DNA of 64,000 bases, taken from assembly GCA_038087875.1 (NCBI GenBank), contig JAXLNO010000446.1, positions 558,001-622,000 on the forward strand, in the 5' to 3' direction. Positions 44,975-57,700 of this stretch are shown piece by piece. Within the stretch, counting starts at the first letter, position 1. The number at the start of each line of letters is the position of its first letter. The stretch comes from Malacoraja senta (Eukaryota). The position numbers and the translations under genes are program-made. The notes under the pieces are model-generated. The model was not told the DNA's origin and ran no database searches. It worked only from the letters and a program-made list of their open reading frames with translations.

Positions 44975-45758
44975 AATAGACAATGGACAATAGGTGCAGG
45001 AGAAGGCCATTCGGCCCTTCGAGCCAGCACCATCATTCAATGTGATCATGACTAATCATCCCCAATCAGTACCCCGTTCATGCCTTCTCCCCATATCCCC
45101 CGACTCCACTATCTTTAAGAGCCCTATCTAGCTCTCTCTTGAAAGTATCCAGTGAACCTGCCTCCACCGCCCTCTGAGGCAGAGAATTCCACAGACTCAC
45201 AACTCTCTGTGAGAAAAAGTGTTTCCTCGTCTCCGTTCTAAATGGCTTACTCCTTATTCTTAAACTGTGGCCCCTGGTTCTGGACTCCCCCAACATCGGG
45301 AACATGTTTCCTGCCTCTAGCGTGTCCAAACCCTTAACAATCTTATATGTTTCAATGAGATTCCCTCTCATCCTTTCAAACTCCAGAGTGTACAAGCCCA
45401 GCCGCTCCATTCTCACAGCATATGACAGTCCCGCCATCCCGGGAATTAACCTTGTAAACCTACGCTGCACTCCCTCAATAGCAAGAATGTCCTTCCTCAA
45501 ATTAGGGCACCAAAACTGTACACAATACTCCAGGTGTGGTCTCACTAGGGCTCTGTACAACTGCAGAAGGACCTCTTTGCTCCTATATTCGATTCCTCTT
45601 GTTATAAAGGCCAACATGCCATTTGCTTTCTTCACTGCCTGCTGTACCTGCATGCTTACTTTCATAGACTGATGAACAAGGACCCCCAGATCCCGTTGTA
45701 CTTCCCCCTTTTCCCAACTTGAAGCCATTTAGATAGTAATCTGCCTTCCTGTTTTTGC
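44975..45758 (-). mobile_element. CR1 LINE 3' fragment
   Basis: ORF 45078-45728. Confidence 0.9.
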
Positions 45759-46881
45759 ATGTGGGTATTTGGTGATGCTGCCTCTTTGAGGGAGCACCTC
45801 CTGCAGATCTCTTCAATGCTGGGGAAGTCAGTATCCGTGGTTGTGTCCACCACTTCCTTCTGGTTTGATTGGATTAGCCTACAAAGCAAAGCTTTTTGCT
45901 TGGATGTTGTCAGCTCCCATAGCTTTAGCCTTTGCAAGTGAGGGGGATTTGAAGGAAGCTCCCGACTGGGAACGTCATCTCTTCGTTCCCACCACAGATA
46001 CTGCCTTGTGTTTTGCTCCGTCAGCATCTGCATTTCCTTGTGTCTCCATTCTCAGTTTGGGATTAGATTGTGACAGTTAGATGGAGTGTTGGTGGCTTTG
46101 AGGTATGCTGGGAATCAATTATCTCAAAATTCTCAAAGAAATCCAAAATATTGTTATGACTTTTTCATTATCAATTTAAGATCTAATCAGGCAAATATTA
46201 ATGGACAAAACACACGCTAAAAGAGAATTTTGTGCAGAACTCAAGCTTTTGATTAGTAAATAGCATTATACCAAATGGTCTGAAGAGGGTAATACCATCC
46301 AAAAATCTGAAAGTAACTACAATATTTCAAACTTCTCGCAGCCCATTTCCCACTTCAGATTTTATGCACAATTTGCTTTAGACATCAGCTGCACTTTGAC
46401 AGATTCAATAGTTTAAAATAGCTTTGAAATTACAGTCATTGCTATTTTTTTGTTTGTTAATGAATTTGATTAAATAATAGATTGCAGTATATTGTTTGGA
46501 GAACTATTTTAGCCATTTATAATTGGATTTGTTCAGCTCAGTTACACATGTTTATAATAGGTTTGTAAATCAAAAGATTTCTAATAAGATGAGGGGATTA
46601 ATAATTTTAATTATGCAGGAGAAATAAATATTTTTTGTCCACCTAATGTAATTAGATTTGATGGCCATATCACATTCATAACTTTTTACTGAGATCTTAA
46701 ATTAAAAGTTCAACAAAGAAGGTGACCAATTATTTTTAAATGGTTTCCCTTTGACCCATTCCCAATAGACTGATGGATGAGTAAATAAATAAATGGCTCA
46801 TAAACATGTTCGGAGAGCATTCATCATGTACTTTTGTGGATATGATGCTATTAGTGCCTTACATACATATTTGTTCCCCAG

Positions 46882-47064
46882 TGGGCTGATTTACATTTTC
46901 CGATCTGCAATCATGGAACGCGATGTATCATGAGAACCGTGCTGAAACTTGGTCCCAATAACGGACGCAACTTTTACGTTTGCTCGCGAGGAATGAACAA
47001 ACAGTGTGATTTCTTTCAGTGGGCAGAGAATGAACCTGGATTTAAGATCCCTGCCGGCTGCTGA
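46882..47064 (+). CDS. NEIL3: NEIL3 last coding exon, GRF zinc finger 2
   Basis: ttccccag| WADLHFPICNHGTRCIMRTVLKLGPNNGRNFYVCSRGMNKQCDFFQWAENEPGFKIPAGC then TGA at 47062-47064. Not in the supplied ORF track; translated by hand. Confidence 0.95.
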   Translation, partial: WADLHFPICNHGTRCIMRTVLKLGPNNGRNFYVCSRGMNKQCDFFQWAENEPGFKIPAGC

Positions 47065-47963
47065 AACAACTGCTGAGGTAAAGAGAATTAAAGAATTGAT
47101 TCACTGACATGAGCACTGCTGGACCAGTGATACATCAGTGATAGCTTTGGATAGATATATATATATATATTAAAACATCTCCTGTATTCAGATCATGTTT
47201 TCCCCCAAACCTGCAGATTGAATTGCAACATTGGGACTCCTTGCTTGGTAACCACAACTAATCCATACTATTAGACGCAATGTGCTGGAGTAACTCAGCG
47301 GGTCAAGCAGCAGCTATGAAGAACATGGATAGGTGATATTTCGGGGTCTGAAGAAGGGTACCGACCCAAAACGTCACCTGTCCATGTTCTCCGGGGATGC
47401 TGCCTGACCCGCTGAGTTACTCCAGCACTTTGTGTCTTCCCTGAGTTACTTCAGCAATTTGTCTTTTTTTTGCATCTGCAATTCCTTGTTTCTTTAACCC
47501 ACAGCAGACATTGACACAACAATTTAGTTTTAGTTACAGTCTGCCTGATGGTTGGAAGGCAAAAAGTGAAACTGAAGTGCGGATGAGTGAAATACCTGAT
47601 AACAAGTTTACTTGTGGTTTTTCTGTTAAGTTGCTGAATGTAAGATTCAACCTAAAAGATGGTGATGGTAAATGGAGTCAGTAGAAATTGGCATCACAAA
47701 GCCCGTTGCAAGAGCCTTAAGCTGCATTCAAAGTTGACAGTTGCTATCGGTGACTCTATTCAAAGCAGTTGGACCAGATGTATTTGTGCCAAATGTTTTT
47801 TTAAATCGCACTTGTATTGTTTTATGAAATTTCTTTATTCAATATATTAAGAATTCCTCAAAGCTATTATTATAAACTTTTCTATCACTGTTACATTATG
47901 TATTTTGAAATCTATTGTTTATTGTTTTGTCACTTTTTTCTTTGTCTATTGCAAGTAACTATC

Positions 47964-47969
47964 AATAAA
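47964..47969 (+). promoter_or_regulatory. Candidate NEIL3 polyadenylation signal AATAAA
   Basis: AATAAA ~900 bp after the stop, at the end of an AT-rich tract and followed by T/GT-rich sequence. Confidence 0.45.
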
Positions 47970-48035
47970 TTGGGAACTATTTGTTTTAATGTCCTACTGC
48001 AATGGTTATTAACTTCATGAGAAACATTTTTTTTA

Positions 48036-49752
48036 GATATTGTATTGTATATCTTTATTGTCATTTCCTGAGTATTCGCATACCCAGAGGAAACAAAAAA
48101 AAAGGTTTCTCAACCAGTGTCCATTTCAGTGTGCAGTGAAAAATAAATAGAAGTAAAAATACATATATCATGAACAAATTAACACTCTACTCTACTAAAC
48201 ATCAACAGGCGTTCCGATCGGCAGCGGCACGACAGTGGCTCTGCTGCAGTGTGTCCAGGTTGGTGGTTGGTGCACGATACTTTGGCAGGGGGCAAAGTCC
48301 GTTTATCAGTCTTATAACCTGCGGGAAGAAGCTGAGGAGCATCCTGCTGGTTTTGCACCTAATGCTCCGGTACCTCTTCCCAGATGGCAGGATGGAGAAT
48401 ATGTGATGCGATGGGTGGTAGGGGTCTTTGATGATGGAGATGGCTCTGCTGATACATCTCTTCCTGTATATGTCCAGCAGGAAAGGGAGTGGAGCACCAA
48501 TAATCCTGCTGGCGGTCTTCACAATCCTGTCTAGTTGGTGCCGTTCGTACGCCTTGCAGCTCCCGAACCAGGAAGTGATGCCGTAGGTTAATGTGCTCTC
48601 GATTGTCCCCCTATAAAAAGTTCGTAGGTGTGTAGTGGGGAGACCTGCTTTACGTAGTCTTCAGAGAGGGTGTAGTCGCTGCTGGGCTCTCTTGACCAGT
48701 GCTGTGGTGTTGGTCGTGGACGTCAGGTCATCTGACAGGTGGAGTCCTAGGAACTTCACGTTGTTGACCCTTTCCACATCAGCTCCATCGATGTGCAGAG
48801 GTGTATGGTGTTGTTTTCCCGCCCTCCTGAAGTCAACCACCATCTCCTTAGTTTTTCCCACGTTGAGAATGAGGTTGTGGGATTTGCACCATCCTGTGAG
48901 CAGCTCCACCTCCATCCTGTATGCCGACTCATCATTGTCACTGATGAGACCCACCACTGTTGTGTCATCAGCGAACTTGTTGATGAAGTTGTTGTTGAGT
49001 CTAGCAGTACAGTTGTGTGTTAGCAGACTAAACAGCAGGGGGCTTAGGACACAGCCTTGGGGCGAGCCAGTGCTCACGGCTATGGTTTTTGATGTCCTAC
49101 TGCCCACCCTGACTGCTGCCGTTGCGATAGAAAGTTCAGGACCCAGTTACATGTGCCAGCATCAACCCCCAATAGCTCCAACTTCTCCACCAGCTGCTGC
49201 GGAATGATTGTATTAAAAGCAGAGCTGAAGTCTATGAAGAGGATCCTGGCATAAGTATTTTTCCGATCAAGGTGTGACAGTACGAGGTTCAGTGTTGTTG
49301 AGACTGCGTCCTCTGTGGATCGGTTGGCTCTGTAGGCGAACTGCAGTGGGTCTAGGTCGGCAGGTAGACTATTTTTGATATGCTGCATAACCAGTCGCTC
49401 AAAACACTTCATTACTATAGGTGTTAGAGCCACTGGTCGAAAGTCATTATGGCAGGCTGGGTTTGGTTTCTTCGGGACAGGGACGATGGTGGCACTCTTA
49501 AGACAGTTGGGCACTACTGCCTGGCTGAGTGAGATGTTAAAAATGTCTGTGAAGACATCTTTCAGTTGCTCGGCGCAGTCTCTTAAAACGCATCCAGGAA
49601 TGTTGTCCGGCCCTGCCGCTTTGCGTGGGTTGATGCTGGCAAAGGCCTTGTTAACTCCGGCTGCGGACAGCCTGAGCGACTGGTCATTGGGAGATGGCAG
49701 TTGTGCAGGTGTCTGGGTGGTGTTTTCAACCTCAAACCGTGCGTAGAACTCA
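48036..49752 (-). mobile_element. Rex1/Babar-like LINE, 5'-truncated and frameshifted RT
   Basis: [51 protein letters not shown]. Confidence 0.88.
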
Positions 49753-50303
49753 CACACTGTCTAATAGCATTCCCTATTTGAGTCCCTCCCCCCAACCATT
49801 GTCATGAGATGAGCACCTGCATATGTTTATGTAAATTTTCCCTGCACCTATATTATTACCAGTTTTGTCAATCTTGTGAACTCTCGATTTGTTGTCCATT
49901 TAATATCCCATTTTCAATTCCATAATTCAGATTAATAATACTTCCATGTACAGAACTAGTCCCAAAGAATTCTATTGTCTAAAAATAGGTTTTTAATAGA
50001 CTTGATATGTGGTGATTTCCAACAAGCATGGAAAATGGTATGGAGATAATACCACCAACAGATTTCTCACCAAAATGTACTTGATCCTGACTTGGAAATA
50101 TTTCACCAGTCACATTGTGACTGGGTCTAAATCCAAGAACTCCCTCGGTGTTGTCACCAGACAACTAGTGGTTCAAGAGGGATGCACACCACCAAGTTCA
50201 AGTTACATTTGTCACAGGCACCAATTGGTACAGTGAGATTTGAGTTACCATACAGCCATACAAATAAAAAGAACACAATACACGATAGAAGTTTAACATG
50301 AAC

Positions 50304-53300
50304 AGGGGGACCGATATCCTGGCGGGGAGATCTGCAAAGGCTACTGGGGAGACTAAACTAGAATGGTTGGGGGGAGGGACTCAAATAGAGAAAGCTATTA
50401 GACAGTGTGTGAGGCAGGAGGCAGAGAAGGAAAGCACTCAGACCCAACATGTAGGGGGGAAAGAAGAAAACAATAATAAACAGAGAATAAGAGGTGGTGG
50501 GGTTCTTAAATGGGTGAGCAGAGAAACAGAGGGGTGTAAAATGCGGGCGGAAGCAATAGGTAGCAAGGTGAAAAGTAAAAGTGGCAGGCAGACAAATCCA
50601 GGGCAAAAATCAAAAAGGGCCACTTTTCAACATAATTGTATAAGGGGTAAGAGCGTTGTAAAAACAAGCCTGAAGACTTTGTGTCTCAATGCAAGGAGTA
50701 TTCGTAATAAGGTGGATGAGTTGAACGTGCAGATAGCAATTAATGATTATGATATAGTTGGGATCACGGAGACATGGCTCCAGGGTGACCAAGGCTGGGA
50801 GCTGAACATCCAGGGATATTCAATATTCAGGAGGGATAGAGAGAAAGGAAAAGGAGGTGGGGTAGCGTTGCTGGTTAGAGAGGAGATTAACGCAGTGGAA
50901 AGGAAGGACATTAGCTTGGAGGATGTGGAATCGGTATGGGTAGAGCTGCGAAACACTAAGGGGCAGGAAACGCTGGTGGGTGTTGTGTACAGGCCACCTA
51001 GCAGTAGTGAAGTTGGGGATGGCATCAAACAGGAAATTAGAAATGTGTGCAACAAAGGCAAAACAGTTATAATGGGTGACTTCAATCTACATATAGATTG
51101 GGTGAATCAAATTGGCAGGGGTGCTGAGGAAGAGGATTTCTTGGAATGTATGCGGGATAGTTATCTAAACCAACATGTAGAGGAACCAACGAGAGAGCAG
51201 GCTATTCTAGACTGGGTATTGAGTAATGAGGAAGGGTTAGTTAGCAGTCTTGTTGTGCGTGCCCCCTTGGGCAAGCTTGACCATAATATGGTTGAGTTCT
51301 TCATTAGGATGGAGAGTGACATTGTTAATTCAGAAACAACGGTTCTGAACTTAAAGAAAGGTAACTTTGAGGGTATGAGACGTGAATTGGCCAAGATTGA
51401 CTGGCAATTAGTTCTAAAAGGGTTGACAGTGGATATGCAATGGAAGGCATTTAAAGACTGCATGGATGAACTACAAAAATTGTTCATCCCAGTTTGGCAA
51501 AAGAATAAATCAGGGAAGGTAGTGCATCCGTGGATAACAAGGGAAATCAGGGATAGTATCAAAGCAAAAGATGATGCGTACAAATAAGCCAGAAAAAGCA
51601 GCATACCAGAGGACTGGGAGAAATTCAGAGACCAGCAGAGGAGGACAAAGGGCTTAATTAGGAAAGGGAAAATAGATTATGAAAGGAAACTGGCAGGGAA
51701 CATAAAAACTGACTGCAAAAGTTTTTATAGATATGTGAAGAGAAAGAGATTAGTTAAAACAAATGTAGGTCCCTTGCAGTCAGAAACAGGTGAATTGATC
51801 ATGGGGAACAAGGATATGGCGGACCAGTTGAATAACTACTTTGGTTCCGTCTTCACTGAGGAAGACATAAATAATCTGCCGGAAATAGCAGGGGGCCGCG
51901 GGTCAAAGGAGATGGAGGAACTGAGTGAAATCCAGGTTAGTCGGGAAGTGGTGTTGGGTAAATTGAATGGATTAAAGGCCGATAAATCACCAGGGCCAGA
52001 TAGGCTGCATCCCAGAGTACTTAAGGAAGTAGCTCCAGAAATAGTGGAAGCATTAGTGATAATTTTTCAAAACTCTTTAGATTCTGGAGTAGTTCCTGAG
52101 GATTGGAGGGTAGCAAACGTAACCCCACTTTTTAAGAAGGGAGGGAGAGAGAAAACGGGGAATTACAGACCAGTTAGTCTAACATCGGTAGTGGGAAACT
52201 GCTAGAGAGTTATTAAAGATGGGATAGCAGCACATTTGGAAAGTGGTGAAATCATTGGACAAAGTCAGCATGGATTTACGAAAGATAAATCGTGTCTGAC
52301 GAATCTGATAGAATTTTTCAAGGATGTAACTAGTAGAGTGGATAGGGGAGAACCAGTGGATGTGTTGTATCTGGACTTTCAGAAGGCTTTCGACAAGGTA
52401 CCACATAAGAGATTAGTATACAAACTTAAAGCACACGGTATTGGGGGTTCAGTATTGATGTGGATAGAGAACTGGCTGGCAAACAGGAAGCAAAGAGTAG
52501 GAGTAAACGGGTCCTTTTCACAATGGCAGGCAGTGACTAGTGGGGTACCGCAAGGCTCAGTGCTGGGACCCCAGCTATTTACAATTTATATTAATGAACT
52601 GGATGAGGGAATTGAAGGCAACATCTCCAAGTTTGCGGATGACACTAAGCTGGGGGGCAGTGTTAGCTGTGAGGAGGATGCTAGGAGACTGCAAGGTGAC
52701 TTGGATAGGCTGGGTGAGTGGCAAATGTTTGGCAGATGCAGTATAATGTGGATAAATGTGAGGTTATCCACTTTGGTGGCAAAAACAGGAAAGCAGACTA
52801 TTATCTAAATGTGGCCGATTAGGAAATGGGGAGATGCAGCGAGACCTGGGGGTCATGGTACACCAGTCATTGAAAGTAGGCATGCAGGTGCAGCAGGCAG
52901 TGAAGAAAGCGAATGGTATGTTAGCTTTCATAGCAAAAGGATTTGAGTATAGGAGCAGGGAGGTTCTACTGCAGTTGTACAGGGTCTTGGTGAGACAACA
53001 CCTGGAGTATTGCGTACAGTTTTGGTCTCCAAATCTGAGGAAGGACATTATAGCCAGACTGATTCCTGGGATGTCAGGACTTTCATATGAAGAAAGACTG
53101 GATAGACTTGGCTTATACTCGCTAGAATTTAGGAGATTGAGAGGATATCTTATAGAATTCTTATGGGGTTGGACAGGCTAGATGCAGGAAGATTGTTCCC
53201 GATGTTGGGGAAGTCCAGGACAAGAGGTCACAGCTTAAGGATAAGGGGGAAATCCTTTAAGACCGAGATGAGGAAAAACTTTTTCACACAGAGAGTGGTG

Positions 53301-53532
53301 AATCTCTGGAACACTCTGCCACAGAGGGTAGTTGAGGCCAGTTCATTGGCTATATTTAAGAGGGAGTTAGATGTGGCCCTTGTGGCTAAAGGGATCAGGG
53401 GGTATGGAGAGAAGGCAGGTACGGGATACTGAGTTGGATGATCAGCCATGATCATATTGAATGGCGGTGCAGGCTCGAAGGGCCGAATGGCCTACTCCTG
53501 CACCTATTTTCTATGTATCTATGGATCTATGT
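50304..53532 (+). mobile_element. Long CR1 LINE: end of ORF1 plus APE endonuclease and RT of ORF2, disrupted
   Basis: [52 protein letters not shown]. In-frame stop at 51585-51587 and several frameshifts; TATCTATG-type tail. Confidence 0.95.
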
Positions 53533-55227
53533 ATCCTCACACAGCAGAAGCAACGTTCGGGGCCTTTGAGCCCTCCGCAGTCGTTGCTACGGCAGCCCGA
53601 TGTTCAGGCCCTCTTGCCGGGATGATCGAAACTCCAACGTCAGAACGGAAGAACACACTCAGTGGCTTGGAGTTTCCAAATCGGCCACTTCTTACCGGAG
53701 ACCGCGGCTTCCGAAGTCCACAGGCCGAGGTGGGAGGAGATTCAACACTGGCGGCCCTTGGCAAGAAGCTCTGCAAACCACAGCTCCACGATATTAAAGC
53801 AGCAGGCCCGACACTCCGGAGCTCCAACACAGCGATCCCCAGTAAGGCATCGCTCGCTCCCCGATGGTAATTCAGTGCTGCACCGCTGTTGAAGCTCTGA
53901 CCGGTCTCCGCACGAAAGGCCGCGCCAATCTAGATGGTAGGCCACGAGGGGGGGGGAAGCGAAGATGTGACTCGGAGAAAAGACACATCTCCGACCAGGA
54001 AGTGACTGGGAAACGTTTCCTCCTCCCCCCCCACCTCCCCCACATAAAAAATACTTCAAAACCTTCATCGTCCTGTAGAAAGGTCTCGACCCGAAACATC
54101 ACCCATTCCTTCTCTCCAGAGATGCTGCATGTCCCGTTGAATTACTCCAGTTTTTTGTGTCTATCTTCCTGACTTGGTCATTTGGATTTAGAACTGGCTT
54201 GCTTGTAGAATACAGTGTGGTGTGGTGGCTGGAGGTCTGTGACCAGTGGAGTTCCACTGAGATCTGTGCTGGGACCTGTTTGTGAGTTATATATATATTT
54301 GGCTTGGACATGAATATAAAAGGGTTGATTAGTAAGTTTACAGATGAGAAACATTGGTGGAGTTGCAGACCATGAGGAAGGCTGTGAAAGTATATAGCGG
54401 GATAAGAAATGGGCGGATAAAGGGCATGGAGTTTAAAGCGAACAAGACTGAGGTGTTGCACTATGCGAGGGTAAATGTAAGGCGGAAGTATGCAGTTAAT
54501 GGCAAGAGCCTTAACAGCATTTATGCACAGAAGGCACGTGGTCTATGTCCACAGACCCCTGAAAGGAGCAACACAAGTGGAAAGTGGCATAGTTGGTACA
54601 GTTGCTGCCTCACAGCATCAGGGACCCGGTTTCAATCCTGACTTCGGGTGTTTTCTGTCTGGTGTTTGCATATTCTCCCTGTGATCACATTGATTTCCTC
54701 TGGTTGCTCTAGTTTCCTCTCACATTCCAAATACGTGCAGGTTTGTAGGTTAATTGGCCTTTGTAAGTTGCCCCTAATGTGTAGGGAGTGGATAAGAAAG
54801 TGGAATAACATAGAACTATTGTGAATGGGATCAGTGGTCGGTGTGGACTCGTGGGCCAAAGGGCCTATTTCCATGTTGTGTCTATAAATAAACACAACTA
54901 AGGTGTAACATATGTTTCCTTAATAGTAATAGCATTGTATATTGGTCAGGAGAGGATTTACGGGTATATTGAAACCTGGACCCCCTGCAGTTCCCTTACC
55001 AAACAAACCTTACCTGTTCCATTGTTCCTATTCTCACCTGGATAAGCTGGGAAGCACTGTGAGAATCGTGTTTTGTTTTTTTACTTCTCCAGTGCTTTTA
55101 ACACCATCCGGCCTGCACTGCTAGGGAGCAAACTGACGAAGATGCGGATTGATGCTCCATTGGTATCCTGGATCGCCAACTACCTGACTGGATGACCACA
55201 GTATTTCGGAACTTTGTATCAGACATG

Positions 55228-56270
55228 GTAGAAACATAGAAAATAGGTGCAGGAGTAGGCCGTTCGCTCCTTCGAGCCTGCACCACCATTCAATACGATC
55301 ATGGTACCTCATTCCTGCTTTTTCCCCATATACCTTGATTCCGTTAGCCCAAAGAGCTGTTTTGAACTCTCTCTTGAAAAGTTCCAGTGAATTAGCCTCC
55401 ACTGCCTTCCATGACTGAGAATTCTACAGATTCACATTTCTCAGAGTGAAAATGTTTTACCTCATCTCAGGCCTAAATGGCCTACCCCTTATTCTTAAAA
55501 TGTTATCACTGGTTCTGGACTCCCCCCAACATCGGGATCATTTTTCCTGCATCATGCATGTCCAATCCCATAAGAATTTTATATTTCTATAAGATGCCCT
55601 CTCATCCTAAATTCCAGTCAATATAAGCCCAGGCGACCCCTTCTATCATATGTCAGTCCTGCCGTTCCATGAATTAACCTTGTGAACCTATGCTGCACTC
55701 CCTCAATAGACAATAGGTGCAGGAGTAGGCCATTCGGCCCTTCGAGCCACCACCACCTTTCAATGTAATCATGGATGATCATCCACAATCAGTACTCCGT
55801 TCTTGCCTTCTCCCCATATCCCCATAAGTCCGCTATCTTTAAGAGCCCTACCTAGCTCTCTCTTTAAAGCGAACCGGCCTCCACCGCCCTCTCAGGCAGA
55901 GAATTCCAGACTCACAATTCTCTGTGTGAAAAAGTGTTTCCTCATCTCCGTTCTAAATGGCTTACCCCTTATTCTTAAACTGTGGCCCCTGGCTCTGGAC
56001 TCCCCCAACATTGGGAACATGTTTCTTGCCTCTAGCGTGTCCAAACCCTTAATAATATGTTTCAATAAGATGCCCTCTCATCCTTCTAAATTCCAGAGTG
56101 TACAAGCCCAGCCGCTCCATTTCCTCAGCATATTACAGTCCCGCCATCCAGGGAATTAACCTGGTGAACCTACGCTGCACTCCCTCAATAACAAGAATGT
56201 CCTTCCTCAAATTAGGGGACCAGAACTGCACACAATATTCCAGGTGCGGTCCCACCATGGCCCTGTACAC
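55228..56270 (-). mobile_element. Two stacked CR1 3' fragments inserted into a Rex1-like element
   Basis: CR1 tails at ~55230 and ~55706; Rex1-like RT fragments on both sides (55010-55228, 56270 onward). Confidence 0.8.
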
Positions 56271-57700
56271 AGTAGTGAGCAACAAAGGGGCCCCACAGGG
56301 TGATGGTCCTCTCTCCCTTCCATTCACCATGTACACCTTGGACTTCAAGTACAACTCGGATTCCTACCACCTGCAGAAGTTTTTGGATGACTCTGCAATT
56401 ATGGGCTGCATCAGTGAGAGAAGCTGAATACAGAGGTGTAGTCAACGACTGAAGGAATGAATACTTTATTGTCATGTGACAAGTCACAGTGGAATTGTTT
56501 GCTTGCATATCCAAGGTATGCAAAAGTCATCCCATAAGGACGCTGACAAAGTTACAAAGTATACACTTTATCTGCACCAGATCTCCCTTTGTTCTCCCCC
56601 TCGCCCGACTTTGTTGAATGGTGTGGGCTGAATCACTTGCAGCTCAACACCGACAACTCTAAGGAGTTAGTGGTGGACTTTAGGAAGAGAGGAACATCCC
56701 TGTCCCGTCTCCATCAAGGGTGTGTGTAGATGAGATATGCATGTGCCTTTAACATAGTGACCTCATACCTACTAACCACTGCCCATATCACAAGTATAAC
56801 TACAACCTCCCCACCCACAGATCGCTCTCTAGTTCCTGTGACAGACCACGTACAGCTAGGGCAATGTATAATGATCCGGTATGAATAAAGATAGTAAAGT
56901 AACGATGCCTCGTTATCAATTCTTTACATGGTGTCAAATAACTTACCTTGCGCCTCCTGTTTATCGGTTTATCATTTAATTTTGACCCAGTTTTTTGTTT
57001 CCCCCCCAACTGTTTCTTGTTATGGCCTCTTCTGCCCGTAAGCCCGATTTATCAATTCTTTACAGTGTGGATGTGCAGTTTACCAAGGAGTACAAGTACC
57101 TTGGAGTTTACTTGGATTGTAAACTGGACTGGTCCAGGAATGCTGAGGCACTGTATAAGAAGGGACAGAGCTGTCTGTACTTTCTGAGGAGGCTCCGCTC
57201 TATCAACGTCTGCGGTAAGATGCTGCAGATGTTCTATCGATCGGTGGTGGCCAGTGCCATCTTCTTCACTGCCATGTGCTGGGGTAGCAGGGCGAAGGCC
57301 GTGGACTCCAACAGAATTAACAAGCTCATCAGGAAGGCTGGCTCCATCCTGGGGATGGAGTTGGAGTCACTGGAGGTGGTCTTGGAGGGGAGGATGCTCC
57401 TCAAACTGCGGAGCATCCTGGACAATACAGCTCACCCCCTCCATGACACACTGGCCAACCTGAGGAGCACCTTCAGCAACAGACTGGTCCCACCAAGATG
57501 CAGCACAAAACGCCACAGGAGATCCTTCTTCCATGTGGCTATCAATCTGTACAACTCCTCCCTGTTCTGTTGTGGGGTAGACTGAGACTGACTCTCCCCC
57601 CCCCCCCCCCCCATCTACACATCCCCAATCCTGGACTTTCCACTCATCTCATGTGTCCTGTATCTTATGACTGTTGGCAGATCAATTTCCCTCCTGGGAT
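56270..57700 (+). mobile_element. Rex1-like LINE 3' part with nested insertions
   Basis: GAPQG, LQKFLDDSAI, YKYLGVYLD, LYFLRRLRS, HPLH. Confidence 0.8.
56725..57064 (+). mobile_element. Internally deleted LTR-retrotransposon remnant with 5-bp TSD
   Basis: TGTA...TACA ends, GTGTG TSD, AATAAA at 56884, LTR end at 56928 followed by PBS-like TGGTGTCA. Confidence 0.7.

Noticed and set aside
50298..53432. Active full-length CR1
   Set aside because: 5'-truncated, with a premature stop, several frameshifts and small deletions in ORF2.
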